Shown one piece after another: positions 40,101 to 49,681 of a DNA stretch of 64,000 bases (within the stretch, counting starts at the first letter, position 1; each line of letters starts with the position of its first letter). A program made the translations under genes and the position numbers. The DNA is from Oceanospirillaceae bacterium (GTDB taxonomy: Bacteria; Pseudomonadota; Gammaproteobacteria; Pseudomonadales; Balneatricaceae): assembly GCA_003521845.1 (NCBI GenBank), contig DPHB01000024.1, positions 13,523 through 77,522 of the forward strand, given 5' to 3'. Under the pieces are notes generated by a model. The model was not told the origin of the DNA. It did not search any database and saw only the letters and a program-made list of their open reading frames with translations.

Positions 40101-40925
40101 ATACAAACCCGCTTCGTTGGCTTCGGCAAAGTAAGCTTCAAGCTCATCAACCGAAGCTTCTAAGTCGGCTTTTACCTTACTAATAAGTGCCTTTTTTTCG
40201 CCTTCTAGCTGACCAATATGATCATCTAAATTTTGGCTGGCTGCGGGCAAACTGCCCCCATGGGACAAGAGCTTCCTTACTTCGCCTAACAAGGTTTGAG
40301 GGCCCACAAAACGCTGCATCATATAGGCCAACGATGCATGGGACATACCCAATACACATAAGCGCCAGAAGTCCTCGCTAGTCCCCTTTAATAGCTCGGT
40401 TTCTGACTCAAGCAAATTTTGTTCAAAGGCACCACCATAGTGCAAAGCAAACTCACTAAGCACTCGATAACACCAAGCATGAATGGTAGAAATTGACGCC
40501 TCGTCCATGGCTTCGGCAGCCATTTCTAAACGTTTGGCAGCACCAGCTTGCTGGGCTTCGTCGGCGTAGGTGTCACACAACTCTTGGAGTAACTCATCTA
40601 CTTTAATTGTGGCTGCAAGGCTAGGCTGGGCTTGCGTGCGTAAGTAGGCAGCTGCTTCTACCAAACGTTGGCGAATACGGTCGCGTAGTTCACGTGTAGC
40701 CGCCTTGGTAAAGGTCACCACCAATATATTGTGAGGTAATAAAGGTTCGCCAAAGGCCGCCTCACCACCATGGTTTAAGATTAAGCGCAGGTAAAGCATG
40801 GCTAAGGTATAGGTTTTGCCCGTGCCGGCGCTAGCCTCGATTAACGCAGGCCCACGCAATGGTAAACCTAAAGGTTTCAGTAGCGGCGTATTCATGTCTG
40901 TGCCATTTTGGTCGATGCTGGTCAT
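37194..40925 (-). CDS. recB: Exodeoxyribonuclease V beta subunit
   Basis: EASAGTGKT, DEFQDTD, IGDPKQAIY, TIHKSKGLEY and nuclease GYIDL..DWKSN. Confidence 0.97.
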   Translation of the reverse strand: MTSIDQNGTDMNTPLLKPLGLPLRGPALIEASAGTGKTYTLAMLYLRLILNHGGEAAFGEPLLPHNILVVTFTKAATRELRDRIRQRLVEAAAYLRTQAQPSLAATIKVDELLQELCDTYADEAQQAGAAKRLEMAAEAMDEASISTIHAWCYRVLSEFALHYGGAFEQNLLESETELLKGTSEDFWRLCVLGMSHASLAYMMQRFVGPQTLLGEVRKLLSHGGSLPAASQNLDDHIGQLEGEKKALISKVKADLEASVDELEAYFAEANEAGLYKAAGLNSANKAKALAKIRDFVHSDDSKLEVNKGLQRLAMQDLSIWKDLEQVQVDLLAAKHLAAALDLAEQLPSPDAQILTDACHWFNQHLATKKQQLGLLSNDDLLLRLQQALHGSGGVQLAQAIRQRFPMALVDEFQDTDPVQYDIFNRVYGIRDGCPDAGFIMIGDPKQAIYAFRGGDIYTYLQAREHTSGHHYTLKHNFRSDANLIAAVNGLFSYGDSHALGAFRFRQDSHNPLPFVAVEAGKKTRRQLILDGQAQSSQVAWLAEVDKPGKAIVDKSYVEQMSAATANEVARLLNLSTDNKAVLQEGDQQQPLAPKHMAILVANQKEASAVRKALAQRRIASVYLSDASSVYTTPIAQDVLLLLRAVAHPDDDRLLNMVLPTLLLGLDLADMDALQRDELAWEKQVQRFHGYHQLWQSKGVLALIYQVIFDSHAASRIMSVVGGERLLTDLLHMAELLQQAAMQLDGELSLVRYFETLLDNPDTQDVSQQQRLESDSNLVQVVTIHKSKGLEYPVVFLPFLNKTRLAKSTDMPLVYHDIKHQKQVALVADKAILAAVEHERQTEEIRKLYVALTRASCCQYLGLGEVKNHDKSGLGCLLMLPETVGQLSDYMTTLAQDLPIQPVPEEHTYLPQNTHERQWQGARQAPAIKVKNWYTASYSALNFSSQKDSVSVVGVVEDGVENAPDTAQDAILLEEQHQFVDMDGGAAALEEQAANIHNLPKGALYGTMLHEMLEDCATLGFAEVIANQPARQKIVQAHLLPLELDAWVSAVDEWLLQFLQMPWQLGELSSAPMQLQSLNAQQLLVEMEFLLSTKQVDVRAMDNLVCQHTWQQQTRPQADPKQLNGMLKGYIDLLIEHQGQYFVVDWKSNFLGEDASAYTHEALRDALLHKRYDMQYILYVLALHRLLKSRLPNYDYDQHVGGAVYVFLRGIGNPDTQGLLMDKPAKALIEGLDKLFQGVGGEIV

Positions 40926-43900
40926 GTCAGCTCCTTAGCGCAAGCCTGCCATGGTTCGTATACAGCTTCTGCCAGCTGGGTACAGCGTTCTAAGTCCAAA
41001 TCTTGCATAGTGGCAAAGTGCCTTTGCATATACTCACTACCATAGGCAAGATCGTCTGCCAGCGCTTTGTCTTTGGCGACATCTGTGGCAGCTTTGCCTG
41101 ACGCATTAGCCTCGACCAGCTTCATGCCCAGTTGCAAGGATAAGGGCAAAGGTTCGTGCATAGCCTGCCACCAAACCTGTAACAGCTGGGTAAAGAAATG
41201 ATCGGCTTGCTGGGGTGTTAGGGGCTGAAAATGCATCTGACCTACGGGGCTTAGCAAGTAGGTGTCTACTGGCATCTGCGTATGCAAGTGGGCGGCTAAA
41301 TGCTGCACCCATGCATCACTTAGGTTACGCCACTTTTTCTCCCCTTTATCCGACTTTTTCTTGGCTGCGCTAGCTTGTACTAACACCTGCCTAGCCGACT
41401 TTTGATGCTGGTCTATAGCTAACTGTAAGAGCGGAATCTCTACTGTCACATGCAGCATGTCAGGTGACTGCTGGTTAACTGAGTGGCTGGCCACATAGGT
41501 CACGGGGATAACTTCTGCTACCGACTGCAAGCGTAGCTGCTGCCATGATTCAAACAGTTCCACTAGGTCCGCCATAAACGGTTGCGCTTGAATATGCCCT
41601 GCGGTACCGGCCAGTAAGGTGCCGTCGCGCTGCCAGCTAGCAAATTGCTGTTGTAAATCATCAGCAACCTGGCTGACGGTTGTTTGTGTAGACAATGCCT
41701 GACTAGTGAACTGATCGCTAATAACTTGGTTATTTAGCTGCCAATTTTGTAAGCCATCTAGAGTAAAGTTTTCGATACTTGGTACTTCGCTAGCCTCTTG
41801 CGGCTTAGCCACCATAAGACGTTGTTGGTACAAGCTATCAATAGGTGACTTGAGCAAATTCACCAGCTCTGCTTTGCCTAATGGTCTTTCAGCCTTCCAT
41901 GGTGAAAGCATGTTTGTTGGTATTAGTGTTGGTGTAGGCTGATCGACGCTAGACTGGCTGAGCTCTTGTGCCCACTCCGCAGAGTAGGTAAACAAACCAG
42001 AGTGCGGCTGAAAATAAGCATCACTAAAAGGCTGTAACGGATATTGTGTGGTTATCTCGCTTAACAAATCAGCATCTGGCCAAGCCTTGGCAATGTAATC
42101 TCGCAACTGGGCCACTAGGACCGATGGTGGCTGCAGGGAATCATCTTTAATACTGCGCCCATGCCAACTGACTACTAGCTTGTCACGCGCCGACAACAAG
42201 GCTTCTAAAAATAAATATCGATCATCGTCACGTCGCGAACGATCCCCCGGACGATATTCTTGGCTAATTAAATCAAAGTCGTTAAACGTACGTTTGCGCG
42301 GGTAGGCATCATCATTCATACCCAGCAGCCAAATTTGTTTAAAGGGCACCGCACGCATTGGCATCAAGGTAGCAAAGTTAATAGCGCCACTCATAAAGCG
42401 GCTACTTAAGCTGGGGCTTTCTAACTGTTCCAAAAGCGCCGACTGTAGCAATTCAACAGGCACCTGTTGGGCTGACATTTGCGCTTGTACCATGACATCT
42501 TGCCACTGCTGCAGATAGCCAGCAATGCGCAAATATAAACGTTCTGACTCGTCATCATCACTGGCAAAGAAGTCCTGCCACATGGTCAAAATATGCGTTG
42601 CCCACTGCTCTGCAGTTTGGCTTTGGCACAGTTGTTTACGCCATTGTTCTAGGCAGCTAACAAAGCGGCTAAAGCTGCCCAACAAGTCCGCACCCAAGCC
42701 ACTAACCTCGGGGTAGGCAGCGATACCACTCCAGCTATCATGGCTACCCGTAGCATAGCCAAGTAACAAGCGATCAATACCAAACTGCCATGTATTCTGG
42801 CCGTCTTGAGTTGGTAACTGTTGATCTAAACGATGCTCTTCGCTCAAGGCCCAACGAATATTGGCACCTTCTACCCACAGTTTGATTTGGTGTAACTCGG
42901 CTTCCTGTATACCAAAACGCGCACGGCAAGCAGGTACTTCCAATAATGCTAAGCCTTGCACCGAAGTCATACGAGACTGGGGCAACCCCAACAGGGTTTC
43001 AAAGGCGGCTAATACGGGGTTAGCAAAACGCTGACCAGTATCGGCAACATGGTAAGGCAAATAGCGCGCATCTTGAGGTGTATGCTCGGAACCACGATAG
43101 CGCCCAAATACGGCTTCGATATGCGGTGCGTAGGTAGCAATGTCCGGCACCATTACCAAAATATCTCTTGGCTGTAGATTATCAATGTTGCCGTCTTTTT
43201 GGCTTTCTACAAAATCATCCAACAAACGGTCATGTAGAATCTCAACCTCTCGCTGCATGCTATGAGCGCTAACAAACTGCACACTGTGATCGGCGACAAT
43301 GCCCGCGCCTGTCTCGCTATTCTGCAGTGCCCGTTCTTGCGCCGACTGCAGGTTGAGTATGTCATCTTGTATATGGGCCAATAGACTTGGCACGCCATCC
43401 GCAGGTGAGCGAAATAAATCCACCTTGCCTACGGGCAATTCTGCAAAGTGTTGTTGGTATTGCCCGGGCAAATCCCACTCATCAAACAGGTGTAAAAAGT
43501 CACGCCCTTGCTTACCCCAAGAAGCTAATAAAGGGTTGCCATACATATGCAAACTAGCATCACTAAATTGACTGTGATCAGGCCGTTTATCTTGTCGTTT
43601 GTATTCTTTGCGTAGTAGCTCCCGACCTTCCACCATATCACCCCAGTAATGTTGACTTGGGTTCATAACAAACATCAGCACTTGGGTAAAAGGTGCCATG
43701 GCACGTAGCACGTCTAGGCTGGCCATGGGCAAACTAGACATGCCAAACACCACCACCCGGCGTGGCATGCCCACTGGCCTTTCTTGCAATTGTGCGCAAG
43801 CTGCCATAAAACGCTGATGCAAAGCCGTGCGGCTAGCTTGAGACCAGCCTTCGATAGCACCCTGTGAAGTAATATCAGCACACAGTGCACGCCACAGTCC

Positions 43901-44461
43901 CGGCTGCCATTGTTGACTAGTCGGCACAGGTCGGTCGTTGCCCTGTTGGTCAGGCAATACATCACGGCCCTGCTCCCAAGCGGCTAACCAATCAGGGCGA
44001 AAAACCTGATACTGATCATAAAGATCGGCTAATTGACGTGCTAATTGCAGGCGTTCCATAGGCAAGGAATCAGGTTGCATATAAGCGGTAAGCATGGGCG
44101 CCAGCTGGGCTAAATCCCAGCTACCTAGCAGGCGATACAAGCGCCAAGTGAGGCCTTGCTTGTCATACACCGTTTGCTTGGATAACCCCGGCAACACGGT
44201 GCAGTAGCTTTGCCAGACAAACTGCCCAGGAAGCATGGCATCAATGGCCGCCGCAATACCACAGCCACCATCACTTTCATCTTGGGCTAAGGTTTGCTTG
44301 AGCCACTGCGCGATACCGTTGCTTTGAGTAAGGACTAAATCTTGTTCTAAAGGTCGTAAAGGATAACGCTTAAGCCACTGCACATAGGTTTCACACAGGT
44401 CTTCCATGCGGTTACCTTGTACTACCATAAATCCCTGTGGCCAGTTTTCCGCGTTTGTCAT
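40922..44461 (-). CDS. recC: Exodeoxyribonuclease V gamma subunit
   Basis: NPLLASWGKQGRD, REVEILHD, TLMPMRAVPF and DDRYLFLEALLSAR; ATG at 44461 preferred. Confidence 0.96.
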   Translation of the reverse strand: MTNAENWPQGFMVVQGNRMEDLCETYVQWLKRYPLRPLEQDLVLTQSNGIAQWLKQTLAQDESDGGCGIAAAIDAMLPGQFVWQSYCTVLPGLSKQTVYDKQGLTWRLYRLLGSWDLAQLAPMLTAYMQPDSLPMERLQLARQLADLYDQYQVFRPDWLAAWEQGRDVLPDQQGNDRPVPTSQQWQPGLWRALCADITSQGAIEGWSQASRTALHQRFMAACAQLQERPVGMPRRVVVFGMSSLPMASLDVLRAMAPFTQVLMFVMNPSQHYWGDMVEGRELLRKEYKRQDKRPDHSQFSDASLHMYGNPLLASWGKQGRDFLHLFDEWDLPGQYQQHFAELPVGKVDLFRSPADGVPSLLAHIQDDILNLQSAQERALQNSETGAGIVADHSVQFVSAHSMQREVEILHDRLLDDFVESQKDGNIDNLQPRDILVMVPDIATYAPHIEAVFGRYRGSEHTPQDARYLPYHVADTGQRFANPVLAAFETLLGLPQSRMTSVQGLALLEVPACRARFGIQEAELHQIKLWVEGANIRWALSEEHRLDQQLPTQDGQNTWQFGIDRLLLGYATGSHDSWSGIAAYPEVSGLGADLLGSFSRFVSCLEQWRKQLCQSQTAEQWATHILTMWQDFFASDDDESERLYLRIAGYLQQWQDVMVQAQMSAQQVPVELLQSALLEQLESPSLSSRFMSGAINFATLMPMRAVPFKQIWLLGMNDDAYPRKRTFNDFDLISQEYRPGDRSRRDDDRYLFLEALLSARDKLVVSWHGRSIKDDSLQPPSVLVAQLRDYIAKAWPDADLLSEITTQYPLQPFSDAYFQPHSGLFTYSAEWAQELSQSSVDQPTPTLIPTNMLSPWKAERPLGKAELVNLLKSPIDSLYQQRLMVAKPQEASEVPSIENFTLDGLQNWQLNNQVISDQFTSQALSTQTTVSQVADDLQQQFASWQRDGTLLAGTAGHIQAQPFMADLVELFESWQQLRLQSVAEVIPVTYVASHSVNQQSPDMLHVTVEIPLLQLAIDQHQKSARQVLVQASAAKKKSDKGEKKWRNLSDAWVQHLAAHLHTQMPVDTYLLSPVGQMHFQPLTPQQADHFFTQLLQVWWQAMHEPLPLSLQLGMKLVEANASGKAATDVAKDKALADDLAYGSEYMQRHFATMQDLDLERCTQLAEAVYEPWQACAKELT

Positions 44462-44713
44462 AAGCGATTGAATATGCGTGCATTTTCCATGCACCTATAG
44501 TACCTGAATGGCGCTGCAGTTTTAACTACTAACTAGCCTAGGAAGTATCTAGGCCGCTTGAAATAGCGGCAACAGCTAGCAGCAGCGGCCTGAGCATCAT
44601 GCAAGGCAGCAACGGCAACTATATTCATAAAGAGACCCAGATAAACTAACTCAATGCCTATAATTGGATTATTAGGAACCCATAGCTAAGGCTAACAAGC
44701 AGTGTGCCGGTGT

Positions 44714-45106
44714 TTATTTGGACTGGCGAAGGCACGTGGTGCCCGATAACAACACGGCCACTAGAGGAACCCCAATACCCAATAACACCAACCACCAATC
44801 AGGGCCGCCTACATATAAAGATTTTGCCAACAATACGGGGGCCTGCACAAAAACCAAGAAACATAGCATTAACCACCAAGCAAAAGCGTCTCCTTTGCGC
44901 AAACCGAACCAGGCATGCCAAGCCGTCACTAGAGCGACAAATACCAATAAGCCCGCCGCCCAGAGGATATGAAATTTGGCATGATCTGGCCAAGTTTCAA
45001 GAACCAAATGGCCGCTCAACATTTCCGGTATGGGTATAATAAATAAGGTAATACATTGGGCAACCATCAGATAGGCCGCGACATTCAATTTGACACTGTT
45101 CGGCAT
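44714..45106 (-). CDS. Small four-helix membrane protein (WPxHAKFH motif, DUF6640-like)
   Basis: Hydrophobic 130 aa with TWPDHAKFH. Confidence 0.65.
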   Translation of the reverse strand: MPNSVKLNVAAYLMVAQCITLFIIPIPEMLSGHLVLETWPDHAKFHILWAAGLLVFVALVTAWHAWFGLRKGDAFAWWLMLCFLVFVQAPVLLAKSLYVGGPDWWLVLLGIGVPLVAVLLSGTTCLRQSK

Positions 45107-45287
45107 AGGTCATCGTCATCCATTGTGTGCGTATTTGCCCTCAAGTATAGACGTGAAAAACCACCTTGCTATGTGTCTTAACGCGCAAGCACCGACCCTG
45201 GCATAAATAGCCAGCAAGAAACATGAATTTATTGATTGTCTTTAAAGACACTAAGCTAGCTGCTAAGTGTTTAGTAATGACACAAAC

Positions 45288-46382
45288 TCAAACTAAATCT
45301 ACAGCTTCACGCATCCAACCTTGCAAAGCCGCGATGGAATGTTCGGACAGCACGCCTTCTTTGGGGTCTAGCACTAAAGGCCCCGGCACATAACCTTTGG
45401 ACTTAAGGCCCCGGTGTACGCTCTCCACCAAGACCACATCTTCTGCCACGGTAGTTTCACGGTCTTGTATAGCAAGCTCGCGAATCACTTGGCTTTCTAC
45501 TCCATGCTCCGTAAACCAGCCCCGTGACACGGTACAGCTGTCTACGTCATCAGGCCGCCAACTATAGGTATTTAACACGTTGCCTGGGTAACATTGAAAA
45601 GAAAACATAGGCCACAAAAACCACGACTGGTAGCGCCCAGCATAGGCATTAGTTGCCAAATCTATCGGGTAGGTCATGGTTTCCAAACTCTGACATTCTG
45701 TGGTGTGACGTAGCACGTAGCCGTTATTTTTATCGGGTTGAATATTGTAAGTTTCTGGTTTTACCACGCCCTTAACAAAGGTGGGATGATTATTGGGGCA
45801 GTGATAACATTCCGAATAGTTTTCTACGGATACTTTCCAATTACATTTTTCTGCCACTGCTACATATTCTTGCGGCTGTAATTCAGCAATTTGCGGCACC
45901 CAGGCAGCAATTTCTTCACGTACACCTGGGTACCATTCATCCATGCTAGCGGCGTCCTTGTCCAAGTTAACAAAGATAAAACCGTGGAAGTCTTCGCTAC
46001 GCACACTGGTCAAACACACCTTGGACTTGTCAAAACCGGGTACACGCTTAGTAGCAGGGCCAGAGGTCATCTGCCCATCCCAATCGTAGGTCCAAGCATG
46101 GTAGGGACAGACCAACATCCTAGTATTGCCTGCGCCTTGCACCAGCTCATGGGCACGATGCTGACAAACATTGTAATAGGTACGGATTCTACCGGCCTTA
46201 TCTCGCACGCAAAACAGGTTTTCACCCGCCAAACTAAAGGCGTAATAATCGCCAACATTGGGAATCTGACTAGTATGCACAACAAACTGCCAAGTTTTAG
46301 CAAACAGGCCCTGTTGTTCATGATCAAAAATAGCGGGATCCGTGTAATAACGTGCTGCTAAGGAATGAACGACTTGGTTCAT
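45288..46382 (-). CDS. Rieske non-heme iron oxygenase alpha subunit (CntA/choline monooxygenase-like)
   Basis: CQH..CPYH Rieske ligands; ENYSECYHCPNNH with Glu bridge; AED distal ligand. Confidence 0.9.
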   Translation of the reverse strand: MNQVVHSLAARYYTDPAIFDHEQQGLFAKTWQFVVHTSQIPNVGDYYAFSLAGENLFCVRDKAGRIRTYYNVCQHRAHELVQGAGNTRMLVCPYHAWTYDWDGQMTSGPATKRVPGFDKSKVCLTSVRSEDFHGFIFVNLDKDAASMDEWYPGVREEIAAWVPQIAELQPQEYVAVAEKCNWKVSVENYSECYHCPNNHPTFVKGVVKPETYNIQPDKNNGYVLRHTTECQSLETMTYPIDLATNAYAGRYQSWFLWPMFSFQCYPGNVLNTYSWRPDDVDSCTVSRGWFTEHGVESQVIRELAIQDRETTVAEDVVLVESVHRGLKSKGYVPGPLVLDPKEGVLSEHSIAALQGWMREAVDLV

Positions 46383-46561
46383 GGTTTTTTACCTTACTAA
46401 AATGGCGCTGTTGTAATTTAATTTTGCGCACCAGGTTTTACTTGTTCATCTTGCGTAAACGACTTTTACTTAAGCCGCCAAAGGTAAATCTAAATGCTGC
46501 GCGGTGCAATTCAAATAACGGCCACTTTAATCCTATTTTTTCGATCCTAAGTAAATACTAT

Positions 46562-46602
46562 TTTGGGGTCAGACCCCATAGGGTCTGACCCCAAAGTGCC
46601 AG
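46562..46602. repeat. GGGGTCAGA-family palindrome
   Basis: TTTGGGGTCAGACCC-CATA-GGGTCTGACCCCAAA, then GTGCCAG as in the 6582 copy. Confidence 0.9.
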
Positions 46603-46605
46603 GTG

Positions 46606-47874
46606 TTAGTCTGCAGCCTGCGGTTTTGGCTGCGTAGCCTTACCAATTTGCACCCTCTCCATGGTACCAATACGCTGGCGCTCACGTTCATGCCGAGGCA
46701 CCTCGGCGCTGAGTTCATCGATACGCAAGCGGTCGGTGCGCACATGCAACTGCCCGGCATCCTGCAAGCCTTGGTAGCGTGCACCAACAGCATACTTTTT
46801 GTGCATCTGATGGGTTTGGTAGATGCTCATATGGTCGGGCATGATGTCCGCTTCTAGGGTCAAGGCGCCGTATTCTGAGGCCTCAGCGAGCAAATCAGCG
46901 CCCGCTTTAGTACGGGCAATGATGGCGTTAGTACCTAGGTCTGTTTCACTGTCAATGCGATTGGGCGAACCCAGCGTCCAGGTATCGGAAGCGGCTATAT
47001 CCGCCCCTTCACCTATACCATCTGGGCAAACTTTGCAGCGAAACGGCATGTCCCACATACTTTCGTCATCGCCCCAGAAATCCAAATAATGGGCATCCAC
47101 CACCTTGTCTTTGGTGGTAATGCGAGTAGGACCCGGGCAGCCATGACCACGATAGCGCAAACCAGTGACGGCTTCTGGCTCCACGCCCATACGCCGATAA
47201 AAGTCATCGGTGGTTGCTGGTGGACCCCAGCCACCACAAACAGGTGCCAACCAAAATTTTACCAGTTGATTAACCCGTTCATCATGTTCAGCCAAATTAC
47301 GCAAGCCAGAAATGTCGCAGGGCTTACCAATAAAAGCAAAGGTTTGTCCCTTGGCAAGTACTTCATCAATAGCAATTAAGGGTGCCGTGGGCCCATAGCG
47401 CGAACCGGCACCCTGCATGACTTCCTCTGGCGTGGTACTGATATGCATTTCACCAAAACTTGGCTCCGTAGTATGGGGTTTAACATGCAATACAAAATCC
47501 ACTTGTTTGCTCGTTAACAGGTAGCTAGCCAGGGCTGTAAGTACTCCTGACGTAGCGCCGATATGCCGCTGTTGTTCGTCCCCTGCCCAAGCACGCACCA
47601 TACGTGTCCACGGCCCCCAAACATTATCGTGTTTGCTGTCCGTGGCAATCAGCTTGGCTGGCAGACCCACGGCGTGCACACCAGGGCAGACGTCTTCGAT
47701 TAAATCAGCTGTCGCGCTATCTAAGTCATCACTAACAATAGGCACTAGATAGCCAGTCTGGCCTTTACGTACCTGTATCTTGTCGCTACCTGCCACTGCC
47801 TGACACAGGCCGCAGCCAATACATAAAGCGTTTTCTACAATGCGTTCTACACGTTGTTTGGGGGTTAAACTCAT
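46606..47874 (-). CDS. FrhB/FdhB-family Fe-S flavoprotein (F420 hydrogenase beta-like)
   Basis: CIGCGLC..CPG, TSGVLTAL, GSRY, GKPCDI, YRGHGCPG, RCKVCPD and ADI motifs. Confidence 0.87.
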   Translation of the reverse strand: MSLTPKQRVERIVENALCIGCGLCQAVAGSDKIQVRKGQTGYLVPIVSDDLDSATADLIEDVCPGVHAVGLPAKLIATDSKHDNVWGPWTRMVRAWAGDEQQRHIGATSGVLTALASYLLTSKQVDFVLHVKPHTTEPSFGEMHISTTPEEVMQGAGSRYGPTAPLIAIDEVLAKGQTFAFIGKPCDISGLRNLAEHDERVNQLVKFWLAPVCGGWGPPATTDDFYRRMGVEPEAVTGLRYRGHGCPGPTRITTKDKVVDAHYLDFWGDDESMWDMPFRCKVCPDGIGEGADIAASDTWTLGSPNRIDSETDLGTNAIIARTKAGADLLAEASEYGALTLEADIMPDHMSIYQTHQMHKKYAVGARYQGLQDAGQLHVRTDRLRIDELSAEVPRHERERQRIGTMERVQIGKATQPKPQAAD

Positions 47875-47883
47875 ATGCGCCTC

Positions 47884-48615
47884 CTATAGGCGGTGGTTGT
47901 GCAAATATTCATAAATGGGCATGACCTTGTCGTAGATCTCTTTCACCCTATCAGGAGCGTCGTTGATATCCACATACTTACGCTCTTGCGGTTTTAAACC
48001 ATCAGAATTACGCAAGTTAGCATGAAAAGAACCACCATCCCACCAGCTCACTTCATCGCGCGCGCCAGGCTCCCAACTCAAGGATTCAGGCATATGAGGG
48101 ATGCCTACAGCGTTGGCCCACTTTTCTATGATGTTATGAGGATTTTCTAACATATCATCGCTGTCTATCAGGGGTGGTGGAGACCCTGTTCTGTCAGCAA
48201 TAATGTCGAATAGTTGCTTCAGTTCCACATAACCCACTTCTTTTTCGTGAAAATCTGGCCACTTGGCATACATAGAAGTAATGGTCTTGGCTGGGTCACG
48301 AATCAAAAAGGAGTGATTGAACATATCAAACAGGTCATCATTCCACATATGGTCTATATACATAGGGAAGTCTTTACTAAAGGCGGGGCCTTTTTTCGTT
48401 TGCGCTTGCAAAACTTTGTGCACACTGTCCATAGTTAAACCCGGTGTTCGCACTTCACCTTGTTGATATCGTGGCCACAATGGTTCTTCGCCTTGGTACC
48501 AAGGCTCTCCATAAGGTTCGTGGTAGCAGGTCATATCGCCACGCTGACGCATCATCCATTCAAAGGCTGTAGACGTTGAGCGTGGAACAGCCCACAAAGC
48601 TAATATCTTGTGCAT
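47884..48615 (-). CDS. Sulfotransferase-like P-loop protein
   Basis: LWAVPRSTSTAF, HEPY and FLIRDP motifs; start 48615 or 48630. Confidence 0.75.
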   Translation of the reverse strand: MHKILALWAVPRSTSTAFEWMMRQRGDMTCYHEPYGEPWYQGEEPLWPRYQQGEVRTPGLTMDSVHKVLQAQTKKGPAFSKDFPMYIDHMWNDDLFDMFNHSFLIRDPAKTITSMYAKWPDFHEKEVGYVELKQLFDIIADRTGSPPPLIDSDDMLENPHNIIEKWANAVGIPHMPESLSWEPGARDEVSWWDGGSFHANLRNSDGLKPQERKYVDINDAPDRVKEIYDKVMPIYEYLHNHRL

Positions 48616-48641
48616 AGTGATTACTCTCATTTATTAACCAT

Positions 48642-48706
48642 CGTCATTGCCAGGCCATAGGCCGTGGCAATCTTTTCGGAGATCGCCGCGCTGCGCTCGC
48701 GATGAC
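48642..48706. repeat. CGTC-type REP doublet
   Basis: CGTCATTGCCAGGCC..GGCAATCT..GATCGCCGCGCTGCGCTCGCGATGAC. Confidence 0.75.
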
Positions 48707-48709
48707 AAA

Positions 48710-49543
48710 CTAACTAGACAATTGCGACAATAGGTAACCTTGCTGGGTCACCGGGGCAGTACCTAAAGTCTTAAAAATGCGCCAATAGAGTGCCGAATCC
48801 GAAGATATAATGGGTTTACCAACCAAGGCTTCTAGCTCTACTTCGCGGGATACCATGCGCTGCGGCACACCATCGGCACGGCGGAAATTAGGCATGCCGT
48901 TCACCACATAGGCGTCCACATTAGGGGCCAACTCAGCTAAGCGCTGCATGGATTGTGCGGCCATATCGCCGGGGAAAATCCAGGTTTGGTCGTTTACCTG
49001 CTCTTGGGTTTCATACATGCCCAAGTCGACAAAGTTACCAGCGTAAACCAAATTAAAACCGGCATCGCGCAAGAAGCGGCTAATGCCATCACGCCAATCA
49101 GGCCAATAGTAAACCGAGTTAAGAGCAATAGTTTCGGCACCGATTTCTCGCAGCGCTTCCACTAAGCAGTAGCCTGCCATGTGCAACGGCGTTTCGTAGG
49201 TGTCCGCCACACGGTCTAAAAACTCTTTGATTTGCTTCGGGGTTTTACCACCAGCATGCACCCAGTTGGTGCCTACTTGGCCACAAACATGGGCACCATT
49301 GTTGGCCATGCATTCGACAAACTCTTCGAGTAGATGGAAGTTCTTGTCCCGTTGCCCCAGCTGGTGGGCATACTGGGGCACGTGCAACATGCGTCCGTGG
49401 GCACCAACGTTATCAGCACTGATGCGTAAAAAGTCTGATGGCGCGGCATCAAAATCGTGAGGTGGGCCGGTAAAACCAACCTGATAAGGAAACAGGGTAT
49501 TTTTGGGGTCATGCCAGCGTTCTGGCTTGGTGTACTCGACCAT
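48710..49543 (-). CDS. Asp/Glu racemase-fold protein (maleate isomerase/arylmalonate decarboxylase-like)
   Basis: VEALREIGA..IALNSVY, FLRDAGF and LEALVGKPIISSDSALYW pattern. Confidence 0.75.
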   Translation of the reverse strand: MVEYTKPERWHDPKNTLFPYQVGFTGPPHDFDAAPSDFLRISADNVGAHGRMLHVPQYAHQLGQRDKNFHLLEEFVECMANNGAHVCGQVGTNWVHAGGKTPKQIKEFLDRVADTYETPLHMAGYCLVEALREIGAETIALNSVYYWPDWRDGISRFLRDAGFNLVYAGNFVDLGMYETQEQVNDQTWIFPGDMAAQSMQRLAELAPNVDAYVVNGMPNFRRADGVPQRMVSREVELEALVGKPIISSDSALYWRIFKTLGTAPVTQQGYLLSQLSS

Positions 49544-49681
49544 TATCTACTCCGGTATTATTGTTATTGATAACAGAGTAATGGAGCAAGCGGTTGCTGT
49601 TCAAATGGAATTGTCAGCAATTAGCATTCATAATTTCGATCGTCATAGCTATGGACTGGCGGCAAGGCGGGCGAGTAAAGC

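Noticed and set aside
35104..44461. recCBD region as a source of novelty
   Set aside because: Canonical order and motifs, with no inteins or insertions noticed
44533..44628. 31-codon ORF upstream of recC as a leader peptide
   Set aside because: No RBS, no recognisable similarity and no clear attenuator
45236..45283. TGTCTTTAAAGACA palindrome and nearby GACAC motifs as an operator
   Set aside because: Plausible, but no cognate regulator or second site could be identified
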